In this document: positions 1 to 10,767 of the stretch, one piece after another | Layout: each line of letters begins with the position of its first letter | Numbering within the stretch: position 1 is the stretch's first letter | Assembly: GCA_963730935.1 (NCBI GenBank) | Contig: CAVSTP010000004.1 | Span: forward strand, 1,152,001-1,216,000 | Source: an uncultured Nitrospiraceae bacterium | GTDB lineage: Bacteria > Nitrospirota > Nitrospiria > Nitrospirales > Nitrospiraceae | Direction of reading: 5' to 3' | Length of the DNA: 64,000 nucleotides | Made by a program: the position numbers and the translations under genes | Notes under the pieces: generated by a model | Seen by the model: the letters and a program-made list of their open reading frames with translations, nothing else | Told to the model about the DNA's origin: nothing | Database searches by the model: none

Positions 1-201
1 GAGATTGCGGGCCATAAGCTGTTCACGCGGATCCGTGTGATTCCAGTTCCACAGCAACGCTTTGGATGATGCCAGTTGATCGATAATATCCGGCTTAAAG
101 CAGTTGACTAGCCTGTAAGGAATCGCATGCTGATCGCAATAGGCGATCCAACGATCAGAGTAGCTGTTCTTACGATCGTGGATGGCTAGGCCCTTCATCA
201 T
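1..201 (-). CDS. N-terminus of a RimK-like ATP-grasp protein of polysaccharide loci (runs off the window edge)
   Basis: Not in the ORF track. My translation is MMKGLAIHDRKNSYSDRWIAYCDQHAIPYRLVNCFKPDIIDQLASSKALLWNWNHTDPREQLMARNL, which resembles the 'IAIH..SFSDRWI.YC...IPYK.VNC' start of capsule-locus ATP-grasp proteins (from recall). It has an ATGA overlap with the upstream stop. Confidence 0.6.
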   Translation of the reverse strand, partial: MMKGLAIHDRKNSYSDRWIAYCDQHAIPYRLVNCFKPDIIDQLASSKALLWNWNHTDPREQLMARNL

Positions 202-1610
202 GCTGGTACTCCTACACTGTCGGAAACATCAGTGGCGAAACCCTGACCCCATCCGTGAGGCAACTTGAATTTCCGACCACAGTGATCGAAGACTTCGCTC
301 GGTTGCATAGCTAACCTGTCCAAATAAACGGCAATATCCTTTGGTGTAAAGTCCGTTAACGGATAACGATAATGACTGAAGGCCTCGCGTGTGAGGGCTA
401 TTTTCTCCGGCGTCAATCCAATCAGTATTGCATGTACCCAATCAATAGCAGCGCAGTTCATACCGAACGTCATTGTGCCGAAATCAACGGAATGGGTGAA
501 AGAGGACCGTTTCTTTTTCAGCAATTATTGCGTCCGTAATGGTAAGCACTTTGCGCTGTACATAATCGCTTAGAGTGCCATCAAGCCGGCCATAGTGCAG
601 CACCCGCTCAAGGTCTAGGCAGATTGCCAGATATTATCATTGCCGCCCCATGATCCATCATAGTTATTGTCTACTCCTACTAGCTTCCCCAGAGCCATGC
701 TAGCTTCACAGTTGCAGCCAGTGCATATCGTGAAACCAAGCCTTGCGCCCGATTCGTCGCATCCAATGCCTCTTCTATCAACCACTTCACGAACGATCGT
801 CCGGCATAGCAATCACCACCGTTGCCAGCTCCCCCTTTTCGATGATGCGGCAAGTATTCTTTATGGCCATTAATCCCAACCATGTCTTCAGGGCGCCGGT
901 TAAACCGGCTTTTTTATGGTTTTTAGTTTTGGTAAGTTGATGACGACATCAGCGTCGATGACATCCCGAGCAACCAAAGATTGATGCGTCCCTCGGGAAT
1001 GCGTCCTTTGAGCAAGTCTGGGTTATACATGGTCACTCGAAACTCGCTCTGCTCATTTGAGATGGCTCTATAAAGCTATCAATACGTAAGTCAAACAATA
1101 CATAATTTTCCATGGCCTGACACTTTTCGCTGACTTTCCCCCTAAGCGACTCTCCGCGACGGATCGTCTGTGTAAATCTTTGATGACCACTTCGAAATTA
1201 TTATCTTGGCGATCCGATGCACAACTCAGGGAGACCTTGGGCTTTCATCAGCGATTCGAAGTCACAGCTTTGTATCGGGCGTCGCAGACGATGACTGACT
1301 GCGGGCGGGTTTTCACTACATAGAGTAAGACCGCTTCAATAACGCTTGGATGGGTAACGAGACAATCTAATCCATCACCGGATCCATTGCGATGGTGCAC
1401 CCAATTTGGCTTGAGCACGACTTTATCGTTTGAACCAATGATCGTGTCAGAGGGTTCCAAAGTGCTGACCTGATTTTCCTTATCGAGACCCGCTTGCATG
1501 AAAAGCGACCGCAGGACGACGAGACTTGTTGTGATTTCTGTGCCCTTTTGCACCTCTGGAAGGTGCAGTCCAGGAACGACAGCATATCCCGCGGCAGGGG
1601 CTTTACTCAA
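198..1610 (-). pseudogene. DUF362-family protein broken by many indels (pseudogene or sequencing error)
   Basis: Family motifs appear in order but in different frames: KPNWVHH...LVTHPSVIEAV, DAPIQSCDF, KLKTIKKAGLTGALK, VGINGHKEYLPHHRKGG, GSWGGNDNIW, CLDLERVLHYG, DAIIA..NGPLSP, AAIDWV. Confidence 0.75.
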
Positions 1611-1620
1611 TAGACTGCAT

Positions 1621-2916
1621 TCATCTGTAGCGGCATCGATAAAATTCCAATTCTAATATAGGGTTTCTAAAGGATCCTATTTGATGGCTCATGCGAAAAC
1701 TTTCAGCTGTTGGGTAGAGCGAGATTCTGGAAGCTTTTTGATATAAAGCCGGTGCGAGAGGGAACGCCAGTGACGCAATCACCGAGAACTGCATAAAAGT
1801 AAGATTGCCTGCATTCACTGATAAAAAGCTAAAGATCCAAAAAGGGAGGAAGAATGTAGAGTTCGGCTCACTCCCTCTATATGCGCGAAGCGCAGCCCGA
1901 CCGGAAACAAACCAATACGCTATGAAGAATACGAGGGGAACGATACCCGATGATTGGGCAACATAGAGAAATCCATTGTGGGGAGTGACAAAGGACCCTG
2001 TAGCTGTGGTGCCGCCGACATGTGTATGGCCCACACCTATCAATGGTGAGTTCAGAAAGTTTTCGATGATCAACGGCCAGATAGCCAGACGTCCGGTTTC
2101 CTCTGTTCCTCGCGTAGCATAGAACTGAGCTGTCTTATCAAAGATTCCCAGCTCTACGACAATCCATCCTCCGAGCGCTAAGATCAATAGTGGAACAAAC
2201 CCGTCTTTTAGCATTCGGCGGCTCGCCACGAGGACCGCAACCACAACTGCCAATAATGCGCCTCGACTAACGCTGAGTGTCATGACATAGAAACAGCCTG
2301 TTGCGACTATCCACGATAGGATTCGAAGCGAGTGCTTCGCGGTGATGATTCCGAGCACGATAAAATAAACAGAGCAGAACCCGTACCATTCACCCATTGC
2401 ATTAGTTGAGCCAAATCCAATCGATCTGCTCATTCCTGCACGCTGCATCTTTCCGGTTACATACGCTGCGTCATAGAACGACAGGTACGGTAGAGCTGCC
2501 AACCCGATTAGGAACATGCTCATTGCAAAACGATGTAGAAACTTCTCACGCAATGCCAGCATTTGAACAAGAAAGATTAACATCATCCAAAATAGGATGG
2601 GCACAATCGCATCGGTCAGCGACTCGTCAAAAAAGACAAGTTGGATGAATGTATAGCTAACACCACAAGCCAGAGGATAAGCGATGATCTTCGTTACCCT
2701 TAAGGCTTGCACACCAACCTCATATAAGCACAATAGAAAGGACAGTATCAGGAAGCTAGAGGCAAGATTGTTGACGAACAACCCGTAGGCTCCTCCTAAC
2801 ATCGTGTAAGCCATGAAAATGTAGAGGCCATACTCGACCAAGGCCGATGGAGTCGCTACCCGTAAGGTCTCCGCCGGAACAAGATGCTCTGTGTATGGTG
2901 GGACTTGGGGAATCAT
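1621..2916 (-). CDS. O-antigen ligase / Wzy-like polymerase (Wzy_C family) membrane protein
   Basis: About 10-12 hydrophobic segments plus SRGALL, GRLAIW...PLIGVG and PHNGFL motifs. True start is ATG 2916, overlapping the upstream GT stop. The 661-aa ORF-track fusion is a frameshift artefact. Confidence 0.8.
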   Translation of the reverse strand: MIPQVPPYTEHLVPAETLRVATPSALVEYGLYIFMAYTMLGGAYGLFVNNLASSFLILSFLLCLYEVGVQALRVTKIIAYPLACGVSYTFIQLVFFDESLTDAIVPILFWMMLIFLVQMLALREKFLHRFAMSMFLIGLAALPYLSFYDAAYVTGKMQRAGMSRSIGFGSTNAMGEWYGFCSVYFIVLGIITAKHSLRILSWIVATGCFYVMTLSVSRGALLAVVVAVLVASRRMLKDGFVPLLILALGGWIVVELGIFDKTAQFYATRGTEETGRLAIWPLIIENFLNSPLIGVGHTHVGGTTATGSFVTPHNGFLYVAQSSGIVPLVFFIAYWFVSGRAALRAYRGSEPNSTFFLPFWIFSFLSVNAGNLTFMQFSVIASLAFPLAPALYQKASRISLYPTAESFRMSHQIGSFRNPILELEFYRCRYR

Positions 2917-4096
2917 CCCTGCACCAAGCGTGATCCTATGATGCGCTCCAAGCATTCGGCACTCACCGCCCAATCGTAATTCCCCTACGTATTCGGCGCG
3001 GGAATGCCCCTGGGTCTTCAGTTCAGCAGAGTTCTCGGTAACTTGCTGCATGGCCATTGCAAGGGAATGCACAGAACTTTCAAGAAAAAGAAATCCCCCC
3101 GCAGCTTTCGCGAGGATCCTATTTCCACCCACGTCGGAAGCAAGGAATGGCACACCGCATGCCAGAGCTTCAAGAATGGCATTCGAAAAGTTTTCATATC
3201 GGCTCGGCATGACGAACAGATCCATCGCACGGTACCATTCGGCAAGCCGCTGATGAGGGACATCGAGTTCTAGATGAACCAGCCCTCGCCTTATTTCTTT
3301 TCTTAGAATGGCCTGAATTAGCTGTAGTTTTTCCCCACTACCCACTATGAGAAGCCTCGCTTTAGGAACTGCCCTCGAAATTTCACGAAATGCTGCCGCA
3401 AGAATATCCACTCCTTTCAGACGCAAGAGTCTTCCTACATAGCCAATTACAAAATGTTCTTCGGTCCAACCGAGCGTCTGGCGAATTGACGTCGTCCCTG
3501 GAGAAAAAACTGTTGTATCGACACCGACAGGAAGATCGATGGCTGCATCGCCGAGGACCTTTTTCATTTGTACAAGCGCATCGCCATTGGCGCAAACCAC
3601 CTGCACTTTTTCTTAAGAGCGGCTCGAGCTTCGGCGACAGCGGTCCAGCGAGTCGGAGAACTGTTGGCCGATATTCTGCAACTGCGGCCGCCAGTCGACA
3701 GTCGTGATGCACATAGACGGCGTCGAATTGGCTCCACTGGTATGCAAAATCTCGCTCGATGCGCCTCCGAAATCTTTGGGTGTGCCACCTGTGAGTCCGC
3801 CAATGACACGCATGTTGAAGATGGTCCCATTTGGGTTTCAACCATCCTATGCGAGCAATCCAAGAGCCAATTGAGGAAAGCGTCGATTGACCTAGTTCGC
3901 TTGTCCACCAGCCACTGATGGGAACCTGTTCAATCCCAGGAGGCATCGTAAAGGGATATCTGCCGTTTCTATCCGCCACGAAGGCTGCCCTAACGTGATG
4001 GCCTCGTCTGTGAAAAGCAGCAAATAGGTTCCGCGTGAAGTTTTCGCCACCTCCCCGCAAGACACCCAACTCTGAATGCAATACTAGGATTCGCAT
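2913..4096 (-). CDS. GT4 glycosyltransferase (two apparent frameshifts, ~3610 and ~2983)
   Basis: MRILVLHSELG...GGGE N-terminus, then GYVGRL..KG and PSRYENFSNAILEALACGVP. The C-terminus YDWAVSAECLERII lies in a shifted frame. Both shifts are in homopolymers (A5, G4). Confidence 0.85.
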
Positions 4097-4106
4097 TACT
4101 TGTCGA

Positions 4107-5233
4107 TCACTTATCCATGGACACAAAACTCACGTCACATGATCTTGAATGCGACCTCGTCCCACCAAGCGTATTGTTGAATATTTCAACCACTACCGCC
4201 TCGTTATGTCTTTCAGAAACATATTGCCGTGCACGACCAGCAATACCTTCACGCCTCTCGGGTGAGGCCACCAACGACTGAATGTCGTTAGCGGCAACCT
4301 CGACGCTCTTGGAGACGGCGCCCAAACCCATTTTTTCGATGATGTTGTCGGGGTCCACCTTCAAAGTTACGATCGGAGTGCCGCTTGCCCATGCCTGGGT
4401 AAACGTATTGGGGAAACCCTCCTCATCCGAAGTGCAAAGCAATAACGCCGCATCGGCAATGACCTGCATGGCTTCATTGGGAGGAACACGGCCCAAATAT
4501 TTTACGTTTGGCAATTGAGTCAATGCGGCAACCATCCGCATCCCATAACCGGGCGGCGACTGATAGTCAGTTGGTTCACCGCCCACGACAAAGCGTACGT
4601 GAGGTGTAAGTTTTCGATCTCAACAAGGAGATCAGGGCGCTTATGATAGCGCATGGTCGCAACCCATGCCACGTAAGGCTGGCGTTCGGCGTGAGGTTTT
4701 ACAGATGGGGTGAGTGGGCACACCTTGGGAAGAATACGGGCCTTGTGTTGCAATCGCGGGTGAAGCATAGACAACTGGCCGTGATGTTGGACAAAGATCT
4801 TGTCGGCTCTCCACAATCCCCAAGCATAGAGCGGCCACCAGCGTGAGCGGCGAAACACAGCGCGGCTGGGTTGAACATCGGCATCGAACGCCGTATGAAA
4901 GACTGTTCGCACGCCTGAGAGTTTGGCAATCTCAACGACCGGACCCCACAGATGATTGGCTCCGCCCCAGTACAACCAGTCTGGCCGCTCCGAGGATAAA
5001 AATCGATACCATGAAATCAGCGGTTGTTCTCGGGTCAAGCCAACGTATTCGACTCCTTCGATGATCTCCCGTTCATTGGCCGGCAAAGCTCCACGTACAC
5101 CGATTTTTACCGACCATCCCGCCGCGGCCAAGGCACGAGAGTGAAACCAGATATTCCGTTCACTGCCCCCAATCGCATTGGTTTTGCCCCGGGCATATTC
5201 ATAGGCAACATTGTTCAGAAACGCGATTTTCAT
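4107..5233 (-). CDS. GT4 glycosyltransferase (frameshift ~4615)
   Basis: GGSER N-terminus and KRPDLL in ORF 4520-5233; EGFPNTFTQAWASGTP in ORF 4107-4586. One indel joins them. Confidence 0.85.
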
Positions 5234-7082
5234 AGCTTTACCTTATGCACCATGGCCCAGGCCAAGAATACAAAGGGATTCCATAGTTCCCGGCCGATTC
5301 CCCCTGTCTTCATGTTCATCCGGTGAACGCGCCGAAGATATTTGAAATTAAAAAGATCCGTATTGGCCTCTCCCCAATCCAGCGCTCTCTCAACTGCAGG
5401 CCGCCAGTTGCCGGCAAGCCACGTGTCAATTGGCATGTTGAATCCGTGCTTTGGTCGATCCCACACTTCTCTTGGAAGAATCCTTTTCACCAATGGCAAT
5501 AGGAGAGCTTTTAGTCTGCCATTGACGATTTTCTTCTCTGCGGGAAGGGGAACAATACGGTCCAATACCTGATTGTCGAGAAAGGGCACTCGCACCTCGA
5601 GCGAAGCCAACATACTTGCCCGGTCGGTTTTGACTAGGCAATTCTCATTTAAATAGGTTTCCAGATCAGTTCTCATCAAGAGGTCGGTATCAAACCGCTC
5701 TCCATATCGTTCGGCACGGCGCTCCCACGGCTCGAAAAATTGTCTGAGCTGTGTCGCTTGATAGTTGCAGGCATCAACACTTGTCGCAGATCTTTTCTGA
5801 ATATAGGGAAGTCTCCGTATGTCGTGAATGACCACCGAACTCGTTCTTGGGAAGACAGCGTCCGCCGATAGAGATGTGACATGCCGCGCGGCTTCCATGG
5901 AAAAGCCCGCAACGATTGATGAAACAACCAGCGCAGCGGAAGCCCGTGACCATTCAACTGTCCCAGAAAATACTTTGGATACCCCCCAAACACTTCATCG
6001 CCGCCATCGCCCGACAAGGCCACCTTGACGTGCCTGGCAGTCATTTTTGATAGCGCATACGTTGGTACTACAGCCGCATCGGCAAAGGGCTCATCTAAGC
6101 GGCCAATGAGTTCAAGCAGTTCTTCAGGACCCACTTCCTCTGCTCTCAACACCGTATGATCTGTTCCATACTGCTTCGCCACCAACTGTGCGATCGGTGA
6201 TTCGTTCATCGCCGCGTCGTCGAAGGCAATAGAAAACGTACGAACGGGCTTTGCGCTGTGCCTGGCCATCAAAGCTGCGATCAGAGACGAATCGATGCCT
6301 CCGGACAGAAATACTCCAATCGAGACGTCGCTGATCATCTGGCGTTTGACGGCGCCATCAAGCAATTCCTCCAATTCCGCTTCGCTTGGAACCGGCAGAT
6401 CTGCATCCGATAAGGGCGGCCGCCAATAGCGCTCAATACTCGGCCCTTGGTCTCCGAATCGCCACACAAAGTTGCAACCTGGTTCGAGCTTGTTGACGCC
6501 ATGAATGACCGTACGGGGCGAGAGAATGTTATCGAATGTCAGAAGATCGCGCACGGCAACCGGATCAACACGGTCAAAGCCTCGGATGTCACTAAAGGGC
6601 TCGAGCGTTGATGAGACAATGAGCGCACCTCGCTGCATTGCCCAGCACAGTGGCTTGATCCCTAGCCGGTCGCGTGCGCCAAAAGCCAGCTGTTGCTTGC
6701 GATCCCAAATGACAAACGCGAACATCCCGTTCAATTGGTCAACCACACGCTTTCCCCAGCAGCGATAGCCTTCGAGAATCACTTCGGTGTCTGAATGAGT
6801 CTGGAATCGACAACCTTCTTGTTCCAGTTGCTGACGCAACTCCGGGAAATTGTAGATTTCACCGTTGAATACGACAACATACCGCCCGTCGTGGCTTTGC
6901 ATGGGCTGCTGACCAGTATGAAGATCGATGATCGAGAGGCGACGGTGCAGCAAGATCACCTCCCTCTCACGCCACTCGCCTGCAGCATCGGGACCTCTGT
7001 GCGCAATTCGCCCAAGTGCCCGCTGTGCTGTGTCGAGGTCGATTGTTGGCTGGTCCTGTAGAAAAGCAACGAATCCGCACAT
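5230..7082 (-). CDS. asnB: Glutamine-hydrolysing asparagine synthase-family amidotransferase (WbpS/LtsA-like), frameshift ~5770
   Basis: MCGF (catalytic Cys2), HRGPD, RLSIIDL, FNGEIYN, RDRLGIKPL, LSGGIDSS, SGDGGDEVFGGY. C-terminal KTDRASMLASLEVRVPFLD is in ORF 5230-5898. Confidence 0.9.
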
Positions 7083-7093
7083 GTGTTTATCCC

Positions 7094-7918
7094 TCAGATC
7101 TTCGCCGAAATAATATCTCCGACGGAACGCCACACGACTTGGGGATCAGACTTTGCACGATCAACCAAGCACTGTAGTTGCTCGCCTACTGTACCCGCAT
7201 TTGGAGGAAGGCACGGTACACTGAGTTCCCAGTAGTGCGTGGCCGCACAAAACACTCCTCCCAACCGCCTCGCTGATTCGTAGCGAGCCTCATTCTCAAA
7301 CAGATTGGAAGTAGGAGTGACCGCATTTCCCGCAATTTCGTTGTGATCGCCCAGATTGAGAACCCAGGGAATCCCTTGTCCTCCTTTCGACTTCCATTGA
7401 CGAACCCGCCACCAGGTCGCCCACGTCTCTCCAGACCATGGACGCCATCCGGTCCGAAAGCCGGCTACCCCACCGAGATGCAACCCTTCGTTCGCAATAG
7501 CCTTCAAGCCCTCCCTTCCAATCCCGTTGCGTGGCGCTACAAATACGCGAATCGCACTCCCCAACAGGTCTTCGAGATATCTTCTTCCCTCCCTCACTCG
7601 CTCCGCCAGCCGGTCTCCACCAACAAACTCGAACAGACGATCTTCTTCGTCGTGGTGGTATCCGTGAAGCATGGGCTCAATTGAACCTGCGGCGATCCGA
7701 TTGCGCAGCCATTGGACGAGTGCACCGTTCTTGTGCAACGGATTGACAGACCACTGCCTGCGGTACTGCTCTGGCAAGCCTTTGCTTGTTCCTGCTTTGC
7801 AGAATGGAATGATCGCCAGCGACACAGGACCATGCTTCATGATTTCCCCGTAGGCTGACTCCAACTCGTCCGGGGACGTAAAAAAACTTGTGTCGTCGTC
7901 ACGAATACAAAAATACAC
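7094..7918 (-). CDS. DUF2334 / polysaccharide deacetylase-like protein
   Basis: IRDDD and LHGYHH metal-binding motifs, FVAP.N, THYWE. Confidence 0.75.
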   Translation of the reverse strand: MYFCIRDDDTSFFTSPDELESAYGEIMKHGPVSLAIIPFCKAGTSKGLPEQYRRQWSVNPLHKNGALVQWLRNRIAAGSIEPMLHGYHHDEEDRLFEFVGGDRLAERVREGRRYLEDLLGSAIRVFVAPRNGIGREGLKAIANEGLHLGGVAGFRTGWRPWSGETWATWWRVRQWKSKGGQGIPWVLNLGDHNEIAGNAVTPTSNLFENEARYESARRLGGVFCAATHYWELSVPCLPPNAGTVGEQLQCLVDRAKSDPQVVWRSVGDIISAKI

Positions 7919-7952
7919 GACTATCTCCTTGGTGGAGTGAGCGAAGGGAAAC

Positions 7953-9407
7953 TTAGCGGTGATTTGCTAATTCGAACCTTCTAAAACCATCGATCTCGTC
8001 GCGCAGACTTGGAGGGACAGGTTGCGCACCTGGAATGAATGCGATCTCTGGCGGCAGACCCTGCAGCGCCCGCACTAATGCTGCGGTCTGATGATCAGAT
8101 GAATACGCCTCACAGGCCTTCGGGTCCGGAACGAGCGCTGAAAGAGAGTCCTTAGACCAACTCTCGAGAACAGACCGCAACACAGCCTCGATCTGAGGGA
8201 CGGAATCTACATCAGCAATGGTACTGACGCCGAGTCGACGAAGAATGTTTCCCGTCTCATCTTCAGGCAATATGCCGATGATCGGCCGTCCCGCCTTCAA
8301 GTATCCAAACAGTTTGGCGCCAGCGAACAATTCATATCCTTTCATTGTGGAGGGTCGCCCCAGCACCAATAGCGCATGTGCCTGCCGTTCAAGGAATCTG
8401 ATCTCAGCATGTGACTTCCGTCCTGCCGTCTCAATGACATCGGTGAGATGAAACTTTTCCGCCTCTTTGGCTATCGCATCTATTCCTTCGCCGACAAAGA
8501 GGAACCGCAGGCTATCTGCCCCGCTCGGACTTCTGTCTTTCAACACTCGTAGGGCTTCGAGAAGGGTGTCGTAACGGTAATCCGACAGAGTACCCGCATA
8601 CAAAATCGTGCATCTGTTTCCGCGCGGCGGCGTCGAAACTTCGATCGGTGATTCATATCCGTTGGGGATAATGTGAATCCTCGAACCATCCAATGCTCCG
8701 GCATAGGCCTGCCAAAAACATTCGGCCTCGGAGTGGTATCTGAAAACGACGGCTTGGGCACCGGCGAGCAGTTGGAACATCTTCCTCCGATCCCTCCGTA
8801 TAGCCCACAATGGACGTCTCGATTCAAATTCATTGTATGTGATGGTCCATGCATCTCTGAAATCCAACACGTAGGGGATGTCGGTCCTTTTTGAGGCGAG
8901 CGATGCCACGTAAAAAGCGGTCACTGGTCCGGCCGTCGCCCAGATCACCGATGCCTTTTTTCTCGTGCAGGCTTCGATCGTTGCTCGTACGGCAGCCTCT
9001 TGCCAAGGGGAAGCAGGATCGGGGTGATACCACCAGGCTTCCATCGTGCGGACGAGACTTCTGAGCCGCGATCGTATTCCTCCATGAGAAACTGGTATCG
9101 GGGTCGGTAGTTTCTCCTCGCCTCGACTTTCAGTGACGGCGTTTCTCCTGGATCTCCAGGCCTGAACTGCCTGCCACCAGTCAGAATATCGAAGCCTGAT
9201 GACCTCCACTTCTATAGGGACACTTTTCAGGAGTGCAGGGTCATACCTCTCATATTGGTTGGGTATCGCAGAAACGACCGTCGGCGTCCAGCTATAGCTC
9301 ATTAAATAGCGGGCGAACCTCAGAGGACGATACGCTCCAGCGTTTCCCTCCGGAGGGAAATCGTGTGCCACCATAATGACGTGGTTCAGCTGCTGCAATG
9401 GAGACAT
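7953..9407 (-). CDS. GT4-like glycosyltransferase
   Basis: FPPEGNAGAYRP, DFRDAW, IIPNGY, YAGTL, KLFGYLKAGRPI. Confidence 0.85.
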   Translation of the reverse strand: MSPLQQLNHVIMVAHDFPPEGNAGAYRPLRFARYLMSYSWTPTVVSAIPNQYERYDPALLKSVPIEVEVIRLRYSDWWQAVQAWRSRRNAVTESRGEEKLPTPIPVSHGGIRSRLRSLVRTMEAWWYHPDPASPWQEAAVRATIEACTRKKASVIWATAGPVTAFYVASLASKRTDIPYVLDFRDAWTITYNEFESRRPLWAIRRDRRKMFQLLAGAQAVVFRYHSEAECFWQAYAGALDGSRIHIIPNGYESPIEVSTPPRGNRCTILYAGTLSDYRYDTLLEALRVLKDRSPSGADSLRFLFVGEGIDAIAKEAEKFHLTDVIETAGRKSHAEIRFLERQAHALLVLGRPSTMKGYELFAGAKLFGYLKAGRPIIGILPEDETGNILRRLGVSTIADVDSVPQIEAVLRSVLESWSKDSLSALVPDPKACEAYSSDHQTAALVRALQGLPPEIAFIPGAQPVPPSLRDEIDGFRRFELANHR

Positions 9408-9560
9408 TTCCTTGAGACAAGTCGAGCAGGCTGCTGGCTACTGATGATCCTAGAGATGCCCGGGTTAGCGATAGCGGAGAGACAGTTCAGAGCCGTGGTC
9501 CAAAAGACTCAATTATCGTAAGCGCAGGACCGGGAGTATAGGTCACGATAAACGACTTTT

Positions 9561-10736
9561 CTATTGGTTGCTTCCCCTTAAACATATACCTCTATATGGC
9601 TCTGCTAAGGCCTCCGGGTGCCTTGTGTTTTTTGCATTGCGAAGGTTGTCAATCTGACGCCGATACCTTGCGTGGTCGGCCTTTTCCACAACTTTTTCGA
9701 CCACGCCTACCAGGTCCTCATCGTCGTCGAAGAGATAACCGATATCCCCGTGCTTCCTGAACATGGATTCAAAGATCGGTATTCTGCGGCAAATCACTGG
9801 TTTTCCCCAGGCAATGGCATCCAGCAGCACCCCACTGGCGGTCAATGTGTAGGGCCCCGCTTCATGAGGAAGGACAATAAAGTGAAGCGGCGCCACACCA
9901 TTTAAAAAGGCTGCCCTGCTCATCAGCGTACCTTGGGGTTTCGCGACAAGAGCACTCGTGCTCATCACAATACTTTTCTTCGGCATGTGTCCGATGGCAT
10001 GGAATTCCACACGTTCTCCGTATCGGTCGGTGGTCCGATCAGCTAGCTCCACGAACACAGGAAACCCTTTGGCTTTATCGGCTAGCCCTAAAAATCCAAA
10101 GCGGATCGGCTCAACCAACTCGGCTGCGGGGAGTTCGACTTGAGCGGGAGAAATCGGGTGCTCAAGGGCGTCAACTTTGCCCGATAGCAAAGGACAACTG
10201 TTCACCAGGGTATCGCGTATGAACTGCTCGAGGACTAAATAGTGAATCCCCCTGTTTCCGAACAACGTGAGTGCTGTCTTCGTATCTTGTAACCTGAGAA
10301 GCGGACGCTTAGACCGCCTACCGACTACTCCGCTCACTCCGTGGAGTATGATCTGTACACAATGGTGTTTGGGTCTGAATGCCCGAGCAATTTTTAACGC
10401 TAAAATAGTCGAGGGGTACGCGGACGTCAGTATGAGGCGTGAATGAGCGTCTGTCCCCAGAATGCCAACCAGTTCTCGAAGAATTGTCAACTCGCGGCGG
10501 AAACGTTCCCAATAGGATGCATCGTAACCCGGCGGTGCAATTTCTTGCCACTTGATCGAATCGGCTAGCGCCGGACCGACCTCATTTTTCAGCTCTTCAA
10601 GGTGCGTGCTCCCTCCGGAGAAGCAGAGCTGCTCCTTCGGGTAAGCCGCATGTATCGTTGCTAGAAGACCGGCGTTAAATGGTACGTGGGCGCGGCCACT
10701 GAAGCTTAGTTCACATAGGAGGATCATTCTTGCCAA
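9561..10736 (-). CDS. GT-B fold glycosyltransferase
   Basis: HVPFN N-terminus, GFLG...KGF, SGVLLDAIAWGKPVI. Confidence 0.75.
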   Translation of the reverse strand: MARMILLCELSFSGRAHVPFNAGLLATIHAAYPKEQLCFSGGSTHLEELKNEVGPALADSIKWQEIAPPGYDASYWERFRRELTILRELVGILGTDAHSRLILTSAYPSTILALKIARAFRPKHHCVQIILHGVSGVVGRRSKRPLLRLQDTKTALTLFGNRGIHYLVLEQFIRDTLVNSCPLLSGKVDALEHPISPAQVELPAAELVEPIRFGFLGLADKAKGFPVFVELADRTTDRYGERVEFHAIGHMPKKSIVMSTSALVAKPQGTLMSRAAFLNGVAPLHFIVLPHEAGPYTLTASGVLLDAIAWGKPVICRRIPIFESMFRKHGDIGYLFDDDEDLVGVVEKVVEKADHARYRRQIDNLRNAKNTRHPEALAEPYRGICLRGSNQ

Positions 10737-10767
10737 AGAATCATGCAGTCGCGTTATTGAGCCGCCC

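Noticed and set aside
1621..3606. Apparent 661-aa GT4 / O-antigen-ligase fusion
   Set aside because: A frameshift in a G4 run near 2983 hides the GT's own C-terminus (YDWAVSAECLERIIGSRLVQG*), whose stop overlaps the ligase ATG. These are two genes.
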